DNA of 64,000 bases, from the NCBI RefSeq assembly GCF_006345805.1, contig NC_043007.1:5642001-5706000 (forward strand), read 5' to 3'. A program made the translations under genes and the position numbers. How positions within the stretch are numbered: the stretch's first letter is position 1; each line of letters begins with the position of its first letter. The DNA is from Octopus sinensis. Its lineage: Eukaryota. Shown here in pieces: positions 50,357 to 62,749 of this stretch. Below the pieces are notes generated by a model. The model searched no databases. It was not told the origin of the DNA and saw only the letters and a program-made list of their open reading frames with translations.

Positions 50357-50858
50357 TGAAGTAACAGAGAACTGGTATGAGCAAGTACCAACTAAAGTTA
50401 TGCAAGAAGATGGATAAGTAACGATACTCTGGGACTATGATTTTTAGAAGGATCGTGTAATCGAACACCATCGGCCAGATATTGTCATATTGAGTAAGAG
50501 AGACAAATACTGTCAGATCATTAATGTGACCTTACCAAATGACATGAATGTTGTGAGTAAAGAGTTTGAAAAAATCACCAAGTACTCCGAATTGAAAGTG
50601 GAAATGGCAAGACTGTATGAAATGCGAGAGGCTAATGTAAAAGTGATATCAGTGGTGATCGGAGAGTTGGGCTCAATCCCATTGAAGCTTCAAGACTTCT
50701 TAAGGCAACTGGAAATCCCATGCAAGATTGATGTCTCGCAAAACGCAGCTTTATTGAGCACACCGCGCATTTTAAGGACAGTATTATCTGTCTGAGGTCC
50801 TTGTTGTAACTTGACAGATGACTAAAGTCTCCGGTAACCTAGACTGTGTTACGAAGGA
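50357..50858 (+). mobile_element. RLE-type LINE 3' fragment between trinucleotide tracts
   Basis: WYEQVP..ILWDY..HHRPDIVIL..CQIINVTLP..KITKYSEL..VVIGELG..AALLSTPRILRTVL*. Confidence 0.9.
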
Positions 50859-50859
50859 A

Positions 50860-50915
<56 letters not shown>

Positions 50916-51429
50916 GTAGTAGTAGTAATAATAATGATGATGATGATAACGAAAAAGAAGAGTTTGTGCTTGGAGAGGGGAGATGTGGTGTAGGAAATAA
51001 TGGAAATCTAACATGTTATATATATATATATATATATATTTATAAGTATTATTCTCAAATTTCATGAAGCTACAAATATTAATCGAAAGGTAAACTCAGT
51101 CCGAAAGACAGACGAGTGTAAACAAATGTATTTAGATATCACAAAATTGTATTTCCATGTAGTCAGAAGCAAGACGCTGTTATCTTCTCTTCCTTCTCAT
51201 CTTTCAAGCTTTGTTGATATTGAACCATTTCAGTTCCAACCGAATAAACACAGGATTCTGACAGCCATATCAATATAGACGCTTTATCAATATAGAAAAC
51301 ACTCGTTGACTGTAACTTCGAGGTGCTATCCTGCAATGTTTTGTCATACAGTGAAATTGTACGAGTGTAACAATTACATATGTAAAAGAAATTAATTATC
51401 GATAGCGGAAGAAACTATGAGTCAGAGGA

Positions 51430-51700
51430 TGATTCTACACACATACACACATACACACATACACATATACATACATACATACATACATACACACACACAT
51501 ACACACACACACACATACATACATACATGCATGCATACATAGATACATACATACATACACACATACACACATACATACAACACATACATACATACATACA
51601 ACACATACATTCATACATACATGCATACATACAATACATACATACATACACACACACATACACACATACATACATACACACATACATACATACATACATG
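51430..51700. repeat. (TACA)n/(CA)n microsatellite
   Basis: Direct read. Confidence 0.95.
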
Positions 51701-51739
51701 TCACTTGTAACAAAGCACGTGTCATTAAAGAATATTACA

Positions 51740-52838
51740 GCCAAATAAAGAAAAGTTGGACCTCAGAATCCTCTGCGTTCAATAAAACAGTGGCGCACCA
51801 TGTGTTTGCAGAGCCAGTCCTCATACTAATATCTGGGCCACTTGATTGTACGCTTGATGAGATCCAAACCACTGATATGAAAACCTGGAAAATACTAACA
51901 AGCACACATAATTTCCACATAAATAGTGACATAGACCACCTCTACCTAAAACGAAAACAAGGAGGCAGAGGCGTAACAGCGATCCAAAATGGCTTTGAAT
52001 GTCGCATCAAATCCCTTCAGCAACATCTTTTAACCAACAAGTGTCGAAGTGCATCCCTTGACCAAATTCGCATACATGAGGCTGATAACATCATAATACT
52101 TTGAAACAAGTTCTTTGAACAGCATTCCTTGTCCGATATCATGCCCAAAGAAATCGCACGATTCTACTGCAGCGTATCATTAGATGAAAGGATGAGCATA
52201 TATGAGCAGAAGACCATGCATGGATATGTTAGGAGAAAGCTCTCAGATGATTGTAACAGTGATCATCAAAGCAGTATATTATGAATTAACAACCGGATTA
52301 CTACCTCCAGCTTTGAGGAGTATTCGTTTGCAATCTAGAAACAGGAAATATCAACTAAATATCTGTGCACCAAAGGGATAGAGATGCAGGAAAAGCAGTA
52401 AAATGTGACAACTGATGTAGGCTTTGTGGAATTAACACCAAAGATATCGCCCACTTTATGAAGAGTGGCCCGAAAATGTCATCACAGTATTATCTACCGA
52501 TGAGACACGATGTTGTAGCTAGCACACTACATAATGACATCCGTCTGATGGATAACCCCGAGGCCAAAGAAATAACAACCCACAGTAGGGCAGGTGCCAT
52601 AGCCCCTCATAATAAAGAAGAATACTGGTGGAATGTTCCAGTGAAGACCTCAGTAAAATGTAAGCACAACAGACCTGATAGTATGATTTTGGATGAGGAA
52701 GAGAAACTGTATACCATTGTGGAAATTAGCTGCCCAGCGGATCTTAACATAAAGCTGAAGATCAGTGAAACGGAGAATATCTACGCTGAACTATTGAGAA
52801 ATCTGCAGTTACTCTATCAAGATTACAAGTTCAGGTTT
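51740..52838 (+). mobile_element. RLE-type LINE fragment (same family as 8330-9258), broken by (TA)n
   Basis: DIDHLYLKRKQGGRG; YYLPMRHDVVA; EYWWNVPVKT..KCKHNRPD..IVEISCP..YAELLRNLQLLY. Confidence 0.9.
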
Positions 52839-52860
52839 ATATATATGTATATATATATAT

Positions 52861-53057
52861 AACGCCATGTTGGATCGTTAGCCCCTACACGCAATTTTTT
52901 CTCTTCTTGTTTCTTTTCTGTGTATCTTTCTGTCGAAGAGCGTAGGCTCGAAACGTAAAAGACTTGTTTTATTTCTATTCCTGAGCGCCATACTAATACA
53001 TTATTTGTTTGTACTCCACCTGCCTTCGTCTTTTGTTTATTTTCGTAAATCTTCCGT

Positions 53058-53058
<1 letters not shown>
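52861..53058 (+). mobile_element. ~198-bp (TA)n-inserted non-autonomous element carrying a hammerhead
   Basis: (TA)n lies on both sides. Homologous to 30510-30693 and 32647-32749. Confidence 0.8.
52925..52962 (+). ncRNA. minimal type I hammerhead motif, U6 variant
   Basis: TCTTT CTGTCGA A GAGC gtag GCTC GAA ACGT A AAAGA: 5-bp stem I, 4-bp stem II, palindromic ACGT stem III, GUA cleavage triplet. Confidence 0.65.
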
Positions 53059-53109
<51 letters not shown>

Positions 53110-53110
<1 letters not shown>

Positions 53111-53345
53111 TCGTCACTAAGTTGACTTAGGATGCCGAAGCACCTACATTGCTAGGAATAAGAGTTCAAATACTCTTAACGCTATAAGAAGAACGTATAC
53201 AATATACACGTATGCTAACAGGGGAAGTAGACACCCTACGGACTGTTCGAGTATCACTCAGATTAGATCTAGTTTCGTCTATGGCTGTAAACGTCGTCAG
53301 TGAGGACTGCTCGAACGGCGTTTGATCGGCCCAGTTCCCTTTGCT
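53110..53345 (-). mobile_element. structured ~240-bp retrozyme-like unit around the extended hammerhead
   Basis: An enclosing stem ATGCTAACAGGGGAA/TTCCCTTTGCTAGCAT, plus hairpins TAAGAGT/ACTCTTA and CTAAG/CTTAG. It abuts (TG)n. Confidence 0.5.
53245..53316 (-). ncRNA. extended type I hammerhead ribozyme with canonical core
   Basis: Minus strand GTTCGAG cagtc CTCA CTGACGA c GTTTA cagcca TAGAC GAA ACTAGATCTAAT C TGAG tgata CTCGAAC. Stem I has an internal loop. Cleavage is predicted between 53261 and 53260. Confidence 0.8.
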
Positions 53346-53855
53346 AGCATTTATACTTTTACCACAGAAATTTATGGATGATTAGCGAAATGCTAATGCG
53401 TATACTAAAAAATTAATATAAAGAGACAGGCGCACTGTGATACCAATGTACATACGTCCTGCAGCATTAAGTCTGTGTCTCACAATGTATGTGTGTGGGT
53501 GGTTTAAGTATGTATTTATGTCAACCATCACAGTTGCTGGATAAGTAGTGAAGGACAGAAAGAGTGTTCAAATTAATAAGCTGATTGTTGGGAAGTCAAA
53601 TTCATAATGGCATAGCTCTCTACCTAGTTCTATAATTCATGGTTACACGAACGACTCCCACACTATAGTTTCGCGTGTTATCTTATATCTCATTTTCAAT
53701 CCACATATTTTAATATTAACTTTTACTCCTATAGATTATGCTGACCCGAAGCAATGGTGAAAGAGATTTGCGAAGCGATGTTCTTAATTATACAACTACA
53801 GTTTGTTCAAATCCTGCTGTATCTATACCGACAGAATTCCTTGTTATTCCACTTC

Positions 53856-53917
<62 letters not shown>

Positions 53918-54239
53918 ATTCGTCGATAAGTTCAATCTAGAGAACAGACGACTGAAACTGCGTATTGTTGTCTCATTTAGTCCCGTGGTGGTCAAATTGA
54001 GAAACACCAGAACCCTCCATTTAAAAAATGGTGAGAAAGCTTTTGCACCTTCCCTCTTTACTACGAGAAGAAAACAGCATAGAGTTTGCATATCGTTGTT
54101 AATTGGTTTAATTATCATACGCATATTTGTCCGCACCTTTTATATCTTCATGGACAAAATCGCAAAAGGAAACCTCGATCAATCGCAATGGTCTCTTGAT
54201 TCTGCCATTTTACACTTTTCGTATTAACACCACCGAGAT

Positions 54240-54410
54240 GGCGGTGGATTGTCAGTGTCGTTAGAGCGTCGGAAACAGGCCAGACAACATTTCTTTTGGC
54301 TCTTACTTCCGGAGTTCAAATCCTTCCCCACTCAACTATCCTCTCAGCCCTTGTGGATAATTAAAATAAGTACCAGTCATGTACTTATGTCGATGGCATT
54401 CACTAACCGC
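54240..54410 (+). mobile_element. old SINE family A remnant
   Basis: gtcagtgtcgttagagcgtcgg...ggagttcaaatcc...ataagtaccagtc. Confidence 0.45.
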
Positions 54411-57054
54411 TTCGCTCAACTATTCTACACTTGAATGCAAATTAGAAACAACAAAACTAAAAAGCGTATGTTGACAATTCATCCTTTGATTTTGGTTTGG
54501 AACTTATCTTTACATAATAGCGAAGTGGTTCTAAGCTGAGTAAAAGACAGTGATGGCTGAGTATTGAAAGTATGTTTGTTGACTATAGAAAAACAATGGT
54601 ATGTTGGCTGCTATAGAACAACCTTCATAGCAGTCAGTCGCAAGTGATATATTTCGAGTTATAGAAGTTATCTTGAAAGTGTCGAAAGTCCGTGTTCTCC
54701 CTGACATACGTTATCATTGCTAAAACCATTCTCTTAAGATTACACAACATTTACGAATACACACATTTCCCATTTATGTCTTTTGTTGTAAATTGCAGCT
54801 CTGCCAATCCAAACATCTCTTATGTAAAAATCGAATACAATTTTACGTTACGTCGTCAACTAACTTTTGCTTCCGCTTATCCAGCAACGTCGTATTGCAG
54901 ACTCTTGTTGTAAGGACGCATTCAGATAAACAAAGATTGCTATACGATTGTCAAAAGCAGAAAGTGGCAATGATCTGTGGTTTAAAAACTTGTTTGGCAA
55001 CTACCTGGTTTGTGTTCAATCCCACTGCGCGGTACATTGGGAAAAATGTTTCTATAATCACACCGTTCCGGTTACTGACTTGTGGGTGAATAAAGTAGAT
55101 GGAAACTGTGATGAAACCTTATATATATATATTATATATATATATATCTTTATATATATATATTATATATATATATATATATATAAGGCTCCATCACATA
55201 TACACACACATATCTGTGTGTGTGTTTTTGTGTGAGTACATCTTTTTATTTGCGTTGTATCTGTCTCAATGTTTCGGACGAAAGTGACCGATTAAAGAAG
55301 TACTGGGCCAATTAAATCTACTAAACCATCCCCTGTGGTATCCCACACTGCATGACTTCGAACCCCTGACTGAAGCAAATAAAAAATTCTTCGTTAAAGA
55401 TGTTCAATTTGGTAAAAGAACTCTGACTTTTGTGGAACTGAGATGCTGGCGTGAAGAAAAACGGAATTTATCCCAAAACTTTACATAGAAGGGCTTAACA
55501 GAATATACTCCTCTAAAGGCACTTGAGGACTAGGCGATTGTTTTAGACTAATCAAAGAATTAAGTGTAGTACTTAAGAACTAGATCAATATCCCTATTGG
55601 TTTATTTTTACCAAATTTCACCCGCAAAAATAGTCCCGCCATTTTGTTTTGTTTTGAATGATCGCATAAATTTGCTTGTTTGCAAACTTTGTACACCATT
55701 ACAAAGTATGTGACAATCCATGCAAGTGACCATCACACAAATTTCTTCAATTAAAATTATTTGATTTCGTCTTGAAAAACATGTACGCAGATTTTTTTTC
55801 TCTCGTGCGCAAGTTGTAAGGTCAGGAAGAACACTGCTCATGGGGCGGATCGATCTCTTTACTGCAGATTAAACTCAGAACCATATAGTTCCGAATCTTA
55901 ATTTGCGCGTTACCATGTCCGTGTAAGATCTACAGCAGAATTTCTGTTTGTCATCGGAAAGAAAGATTTTGCCAAAGACAATTATGAACACAATTTATCA
56001 TCAGAAAAGAAAAAAAAAACAGAAAGAAAAGCCATTTCTTGAATGAAGGTGCGTATATTTGTGTAAATGTTGTGGTTGTTATTGTTGTACAACGAGAATG
56101 CCCTTTTTTAGGCATGGGGAAGATCTGCAGATCAGATAGAGAACATACACTGGGGTAATAGCACGTATGAGATCGTATGAGATAATTTCATGAGCAAAGT
56201 GTACACATGGGTGTGGATGTGTAAGTGCGTAGGTGTGGGTGTGTGTGTGTGAATGTCTGTATATGCTTAAGAGTATGCTTGCGAGCGTGCTCTTATGAGT
56301 GTATGTGTGTGTGCGTGCGTGTGCATGTGTGTGTGCGTGCGTGCGTGTGTATGTGTGTGTGTAACTGAAAATAAATGGACGTTTGCTAGATTAAGGTGTA
56401 GATATGTAAAAAATGTAAAAGCACTGTTTAAGTTTATATATGTGGTAAAAGCTAGGTGTGACAATGTGAGGAAAGGATTTTTAAATAAATGTGTGTGTGT
56501 ATATATGTATATATACATATATGTATATGAGAAAGAGGTATGTTAGTATATATATACATACAAACATATATATGTATATATATGTGTGTATATGTATACA
56601 CACACGCACAAAGAAAGTGGTACATATATACGCATGAATATTACATAGAGAAGACAGGAGTATTAATGGCCTGACTATATGAAACCTACTTACAAGAGGA
56701 AAGTTGTGACATTTTAATCTATCCAAGAAGACATGTTCAATGACAGCACTAATGCCTTTGTTGACACGTGATTTAGCTTGACTCACTTTAATAAGTTTCT
56801 TATTTATGCTTTCGGTTTCACTCGTATTGTTTTATAAATATATCGCCCAAGAAACTCTCAACTAAATCCATCGTCTTCAGTGTATAACCCTCTCTAACTA
56901 GGCCTTGTGTAACTTCCCGCAAAGTTTACGCTGTTTCAATTACAGAGGGCATTACCCCTCATTTACCGCCACCATCAGTCTATGAAACTCCTAAAAGGAT
57001 CATGGCTGCTCTTATTCTTCCTCCATCTATGTAATAAATAAATGCTAAAAATAA

Positions 57055-57275
57055 GTTTCAAATTACGGCTCAAGGCCAGCAATTTTAATGGAGGGGAAAG
57101 TCGATTATGCCTATTTCTTTACTACCCACAAGGGGCTAAACACAGAGGGGACAAAGAAGGACAGACAAACGGATAAGTCGATTACATCGACTTCAGTGTG
57201 TAACTGGTACTTATTTAATCGACCCCGAAAGGATGAAAAGCAAAGTCGACCTCAGCGGAATTTGAACTCAGAACG
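57055..57275 (-). mobile_element. SINE family A, headless, joined to an older SINE tail
   Basis: cctatttctttactacccacaaggggctaaacacagagggg...gaatttgaactcagaacgta. Confidence 0.85.
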
Positions 57276-57496
57276 TACCAACCGATAATAAGTCATTAGC
57301 TGCGCGTTGAACAACCAGAATTGAAATGAGGACTTGCATCTTAAACGAGAAGCTGTTCTCCTGTGACGAGATCAACAACGATTAGCATATTTGCGTTCGA
57401 ATCATTCAGACCGTTTTGAGAATGAATATGCAATAAAAATATCTTATTTGAAAGCAAAATAAACGTTGATCTGAAATTAGAGATAGGCATGGCTGT

Positions 57497-57793
57497 CGTA
57501 GAGGCACATGGCATAGTGGTTAGAGCAGCGGATTCGCGGTCGAGGGATTGCGGGTTCGAATCTCGGACCGGGCGATGTGTGTGTTTATGAGCGAAACACC
57601 TAAGCTCCACGCGGCTCCGGCAGAAGTAATGGAGAACTTCTGCTGACTCTTTCGCCACAACTTTCTCTCATTCTCTCCTCCTGCATCTCTCAGCTCACCT
57701 GCGACGGGCCGACGTCCCCTCCAGGTGGTGAACCTTCACGCCAAGGAAACCGAGAAACCGGCCCTTATGAGCCAGGCGTGACTCGAGAAGGAA
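57497..57793 (+). mobile_element. SINE family B with a 9-bp TSD
   Basis: CATGGCTGT at 57488-57496 and 57794-57802. A and B boxes present. Confidence 0.9.
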
Positions 57794-58632
57794 CATGGCT
57801 GTGTATTTAGTCTGTTTGATTCCGAAATAGTAGGTTCCCAGTTTCGACCTCCAAGAGGCAGTACTTTCGGCAAGTAAACGCATCAATTTGGCAGGGATTC
57901 CACTGCTAACAGTCTGTGTTTTACAGTAAATCGTATTGATTGAATTGAAATGGACACATTGATAATGTCTTAAGCGGCATCCCAGTATCAGATAATCTTA
58001 GACATTTATTCACTGCTGCTCTATCATTCTGTAATTCTATTATTCTATCATTGGATGTATTGCATAAAGATGTCTGTTTCTTTATGTAAGAGAACAATGT
58101 CGGTAATGTGTTAGTTTTATTTATAGTAATTAGTTTCAGTCCAGTAATTAGTATATTGTTCTATAATTATCTAATTGCTTAATAACCTTTGATATAAGTG
58201 TATACAAATCGACATCAGTTTACGCGCGCTAACGCGTAACAATATACATATATGATAGACACCTACACAGTTTGCATCTATTAAATTTCACACGCAACGA
58301 TTTAATGAACCTGATGCTACAGCAAAATGGCACTCGCCCTAAATGTCGGTGAGAGGGATGGAAACTAGAAGCAAATGTTTGCTTACCCACGGAGATAAGA
58401 AGAACGTCGTAGGCAAGTGCAGTCAATCAGACCGATTCAGTTATTGCAAAATACTTATTCTACTCATAAAAATTTAAAATTTAGGCCAACTCTGATGCTT
58501 TGCTATCAGAATGCAACTGAATACTGAATACAATTTCTGACTTCTTTTCTACAATGTTGAATCTAAAAAGGTGAGGCCCCATAACAATTCGTTCAGCGAT
58601 AATTCTTTTGTTACCGTATTTCTTTTGAAATG

Positions 58633-58972
58633 TGAAGGCGCATGTCTCAGTGATTAGAGCGTCGAGCTTACGATCGTGAGGCTGTGATCTCGAATCCCGG
58701 ACCGGGCTGCGTGTTTTGTTCTAGAGCAAGACACTTTATTTCACGTTGCTCCAGTTCTCTCAGCTGTAGAAATGAGTTGCGACGTCACAGGTGCTGAGCT
58801 GTATCGGCCTCTTTGCCTTTCCCTTGGATAACACTGGTGGCGTGGAGAGGGGAGGCCGGTATGTATGGGCGACTGATGCTCTTCCATAAATAACCTTGGC
58901 CGGACTTGTGCCTGGAAGGGTAACTTTTTAGGTTCAATCCCATGGTGTGTGTCGTGACCGAAAGGGGTTTCT
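58633..58972 (+). mobile_element. SINE family B variant (ACG-anticodon-like head, different tail)
   Basis: AAGGCGCATGTCTCAGTGATTAGAGCGTCGAGCTTACGATC...CTCGAATCCC...GAGCAAGACACTTTATTTCACGTTGCTCCAG. Confidence 0.85.
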
Positions 58973-59399
58973 GTTGAAATATATTGCTTTTGTTTCAATT
59001 CATCTTTAAAATAATAAAGAATTTAATAAAATAATGTTGCCATTAATAATTTGATGTTTGGAACATAAATTTAACGTGATATTTTGTGAGAAGGCTTTAG
59101 TTTGGATCACTTTAAAGCAAGAAGTTCGCATCACAAACCCATGGCTTGTCTCAGACGCGTTGGTCACCTTTTTGATAATAACCCGCTTGAGACTGCCCGT
59201 GGTTCTATGATATATAAATCTGGTCCATGGCTGCCTAAAGCCATGGACTAATCCGATGCAAGCTTATGGATAAGTCCTCGGGAGAGTCCGTTGCTGCATT
59301 GCATTTATAAAATAATTAATTAATTGTATACTTTGTATAAATTATAGATTTATCTCATATTTTGTATGTCAATTTGGCTTATAATGTAAAGCAAAGCGT

Positions 59400-59715
59400 T
59401 TATTGAAGAGAAGATATGAGATACAGAGGGAAGCAAGAGAATGATAATAGAAGTGAGATACGTAAGGATATTGTATTTGCTGTTCCATTATTCAAGTAGA
59501 ATGGTGTATATAAATGGTGAAAAAACTTTTTTAGTGAAAACATTTTCTTGTACATGGTGTGTAATTTTCACACACCGGGTACAAGAAAATTTCTTCACCA
59601 TTTATATACGCCATTCTACTTGAATAATGTAACTTCAAATACAATAGCCTTATGTATCTCACTTCTATTTTCATTTTCTTGCTTCCCTCTGTATCTCATA
59701 TCTTCTCTTCAATAA
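59400..59715. mobile_element. ~315-bp foldback MITE (whole element is an inverted repeat)
   Basis: TATTGAAGAGAAGATATGAGATACAGAGGGAAGCAAG... and ...CTTGCTTCCCTCTGTATCTCATATCTTCTCTTCAATA. There is a 15-nt insertion in the left arm. Possible TA TSD. Confidence 0.85.
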
Positions 59716-60621
59716 TTAATACTCAAACATTTTCTCGTACCTGGAAACAGCTGTAAGGCCTTTTCCTGATAAATGTTATGAAATCTATTTACTGCCTTGG
59801 GTTTTTTTAATCTCATTCTGTCAGTTTATACATAGATATAAAATTTAAATAGATACATGTATACTTTAAACACATAACAACACAAACAAGTTTGCATCGA
59901 TTTTTCATTGCTATATACACATATCGGATTTCTGACACATGTAAAAGTAAATAAATTATTTGATTCTTAATTATAATTTCATTTTTAATTATATTCTTTA
60001 AATAATATACTTGTAAAACATCTAAGTAGTCATTATTCAAGAACGAAAGAGCCTATTTTATCCAAACATTATTTTAATATTGATTTGCAAGATAGATCAA
60101 AGACAACAAAATATGATGGAGGGATAAAAATTGATTCTATCAACAGCAGCATTTAATTCTGGTTTTATTTGATTGATTCCGGATAAAGAAAAAGTGATTT
60201 CCGCGTGATTTGAATCTCAGTAAAATATATTTCTTTTTGTGCATTCATAACTTGCATGAAGTGAAAGCTTTTAAACCAAACATTAAGGTTTGCTGACGTT
60301 CTCAGTTCTAAACCGTCTGATCTCTTTGAACTACGCCACACAGGTTTCTGCTTTTTACAGGAAAATATAATGTTAGCAATGCAAGTGACAGGAAGTGACT
60401 TCATCTGGGAATTGTTCCATAGGTTTATTTTTGTCAAAGGAAGAAAAAGAAACAAAGAAAACAATGAAATGCTTTATAAAAGTAACTTCAAAGAAAGCTT
60501 ATTGGTGACTTAATCAACAGAATACTAAAAACTTATCCAAGTAATTTCTGACAATAGAAATTACACTGCCAATGGAAGCACGGCGCCACTACTGAGATGG
60601 TAAGCTTCCTAAAAAGGCGGC

Positions 60622-60850
60622 GAGCTGGCAGAAACGTTAGCACACCGGGAGAAATGCTTTACAGTATTTCGTCTGCCGTTACGTTCTGAGCTCAAATTCC
60701 GCCAAGGTCGACATTACCTTTCATCATTTTGGGGTCGATAAATTAAGCACCAGTTACGCACTGGGGTCGATATAATCGACTTAATCCGTTCGTCTGTCCT
60801 TGTTTGTCCCCTCTGTGTTTAGCACCTTGTGAGTAGTAAAGATATAGGTA
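60622..60850 (+). mobile_element. SINE family A, full length
   Basis: AAGGCGGCGAGCTGGCAGAAACGTTAGCAC...GAGTAGTAAAGATATAGG. Confidence 0.9.
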
Positions 60851-61289
60851 AGCTTCTTAAATAGGAGGTGCTTTGTATAGTCTCTGATTTTTTGAGAATA
60901 ATATGAAATTTCAAAATTAGAGATTCCATATATGCGAAGAGAAGAAAGGGTTTGGAATGAGAAGTGTTAAGATGTATAGTAATCATACGTGAGTTTGAGG
61001 GGAAGGGAAAGTTTTGGAACAAATATATACGCTCGTTATTAAAGTAGCTAAACATGGTAGATAACGATACTGAAGCATTTAGATATGTCTGTCTATGCTC
61101 TGAGTTCGATCCCTAATAAGAGTAGTCAAGTGCTTGAGAGAACTGACTGAACTAAATCCACTGCAAATAAAAGTATAAACCTAACACTCAGCTAATGAAA
61201 GAGAAGTTTATTGAAAGAGACGAGGACATTCTACGGTAGAAGGAATAAGAAGGAGGACGAAATGACATGCAGGATTTAGTTAGGACCAC

Positions 61290-61612
61290 GAAGCAATGAT
61301 ATCACCGTATCACTGACGACCAGACTATCGGATGTTGTTACACCCTGCTGGTCACAATGCGCTTCCTTGCATTGTTATAGCTTTCGAATTGGGTGAGTCT
61401 CCCGCCTCCCTGATTGGGGTGGAGAAGGCAGCCCAACTCTTCTCCCTGTGCGGAGCGCCAGTCCAATACGGGGTCACACATTTGCAAGTGAACTGGATCA
61501 ATGTGAAATAAAGTGTTTTGCTCAAGAAGACAACGCACCGCCGATCTGGAAATCGAAACCACGATCTGGTGATTATGAGTAAAACGCTCTAACCACCTGA
61601 CCACGCACTTGC
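61290..61612 (-). mobile_element. SINE family B variant
   Basis: gtgaaataaagtgttttgctcaaga...ggaaatcgaaaccacgatc...ctctaaccac. Confidence 0.75.
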
Positions 61613-61949
61613 ACAAAACACTAAAATATACAAATTAAATAAACTCAATGGAAAGATCTAGAACTTTTACCTTTTGCCTTCATCTTTTTTTTTTTGATCT
61701 CATAAATGATTTTTGCAAAAACATTATATAACCCCGTAAATTTTGATTAACGAATGGCAGCAATTTAACACATTTTGGTCAAGGTTCAGAACAAAAGGAA
61801 GATAGAAATGTAAATTATATTGCAAGATGTACGCTCTGCAACCTTTAAATGCGATTCTTCCAGTTGCAGGAATGATATTAACCTTGATTTGGCGAGACAA
61901 AATAATGTATCAAATTCTTTTGCGTCTTTTCTCTTGACCCCTCAGCAAC

Positions 61950-61956
61950 TTAATAT

Positions 61957-62009
<53 letters not shown>

Positions 62010-62055
62010 TATATATATGATATATATGTATATATATATGTGTGTGTGTACGTAC

Positions 62056-62094
<39 letters not shown>

Positions 62095-62115
62095 CATATG
62101 TGTGTATGTGTGTAA
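61950..62115. repeat. (TA)n/(TG)n microsatellite
   Basis: Direct read. Confidence 0.95.
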
Positions 62116-62749
62116 TGCAGATAACTTTTTCACTCACGCTTTGCTCTGTTCAATAGACAGAAAACGACAATTGATTGTTAAATGGTTGATGCCTTAATAC
62201 TGACCTGTTTATCTCAAGACAGATTGATGGTGAAGATGGTAGCGCATTTGGCTAATGACCTTACCGTATGTAATTTTATATCTCTTCATTGTGAGTTCAC
62301 ACATCATTTTGGAAAAGGACTTAATAAAATAAATGCTACAAGTAGATTAACATCGATTCAGCCGAATGAATATTCTTCACTGCAAAGTTAAACCTGGGAA
62401 CTTGTCGAACGAAAGCTGTATACTTTATAATAACAATAATTCAGCTTCGTGATATTTTTTTCCTCCAGAACATTATCAGCGTATCTGAAGAGAAACTGCT
62501 GCGTAGATTTCCTTCATTATTTGCTTCTTAGCGGCATTTACCATTTGTATTCAAATTAAAAAGAAGGAAAATTGAATATTTTGTCAGAAGATACGACCTC
62601 TTCTGCACGAGCAGGTTATGGAACGGTGTCAGCTAACTGAACAGAATAAATCGTTATTTGTTGTTGTTCTTACTGTCTCAATCTCACTCATATCTGATCG
62701 AGTAGACTTATAACACGTTCAGATGCAAGGCTTAATTGTATAATACGCA

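Noticed and set aside
53754-54227. 157-aa + ORF and overlapping 109-aa - ORF with a nearby TATAAAAG
   Set aside because: Both run through a (CT)n tract and show no recognisable domain. A promoter role cannot be supported from sequence alone.
59223-59248. Perfect 10-bp hairpin GTCCATGGCT/AGCCATGGAC as a Helitron 3' end
   Set aside because: No CTRR terminus at the expected distance on either strand.
1484-62133. Dozens of ORFs of type YIYIYI, MYVCMYV, HTHT, SLSL, poly-T/V/S/N/P
   Set aside because: They are translations of (TA)n, (TATG)n, (CA)n, (CT)n and trinucleotide microsatellites, not genes.
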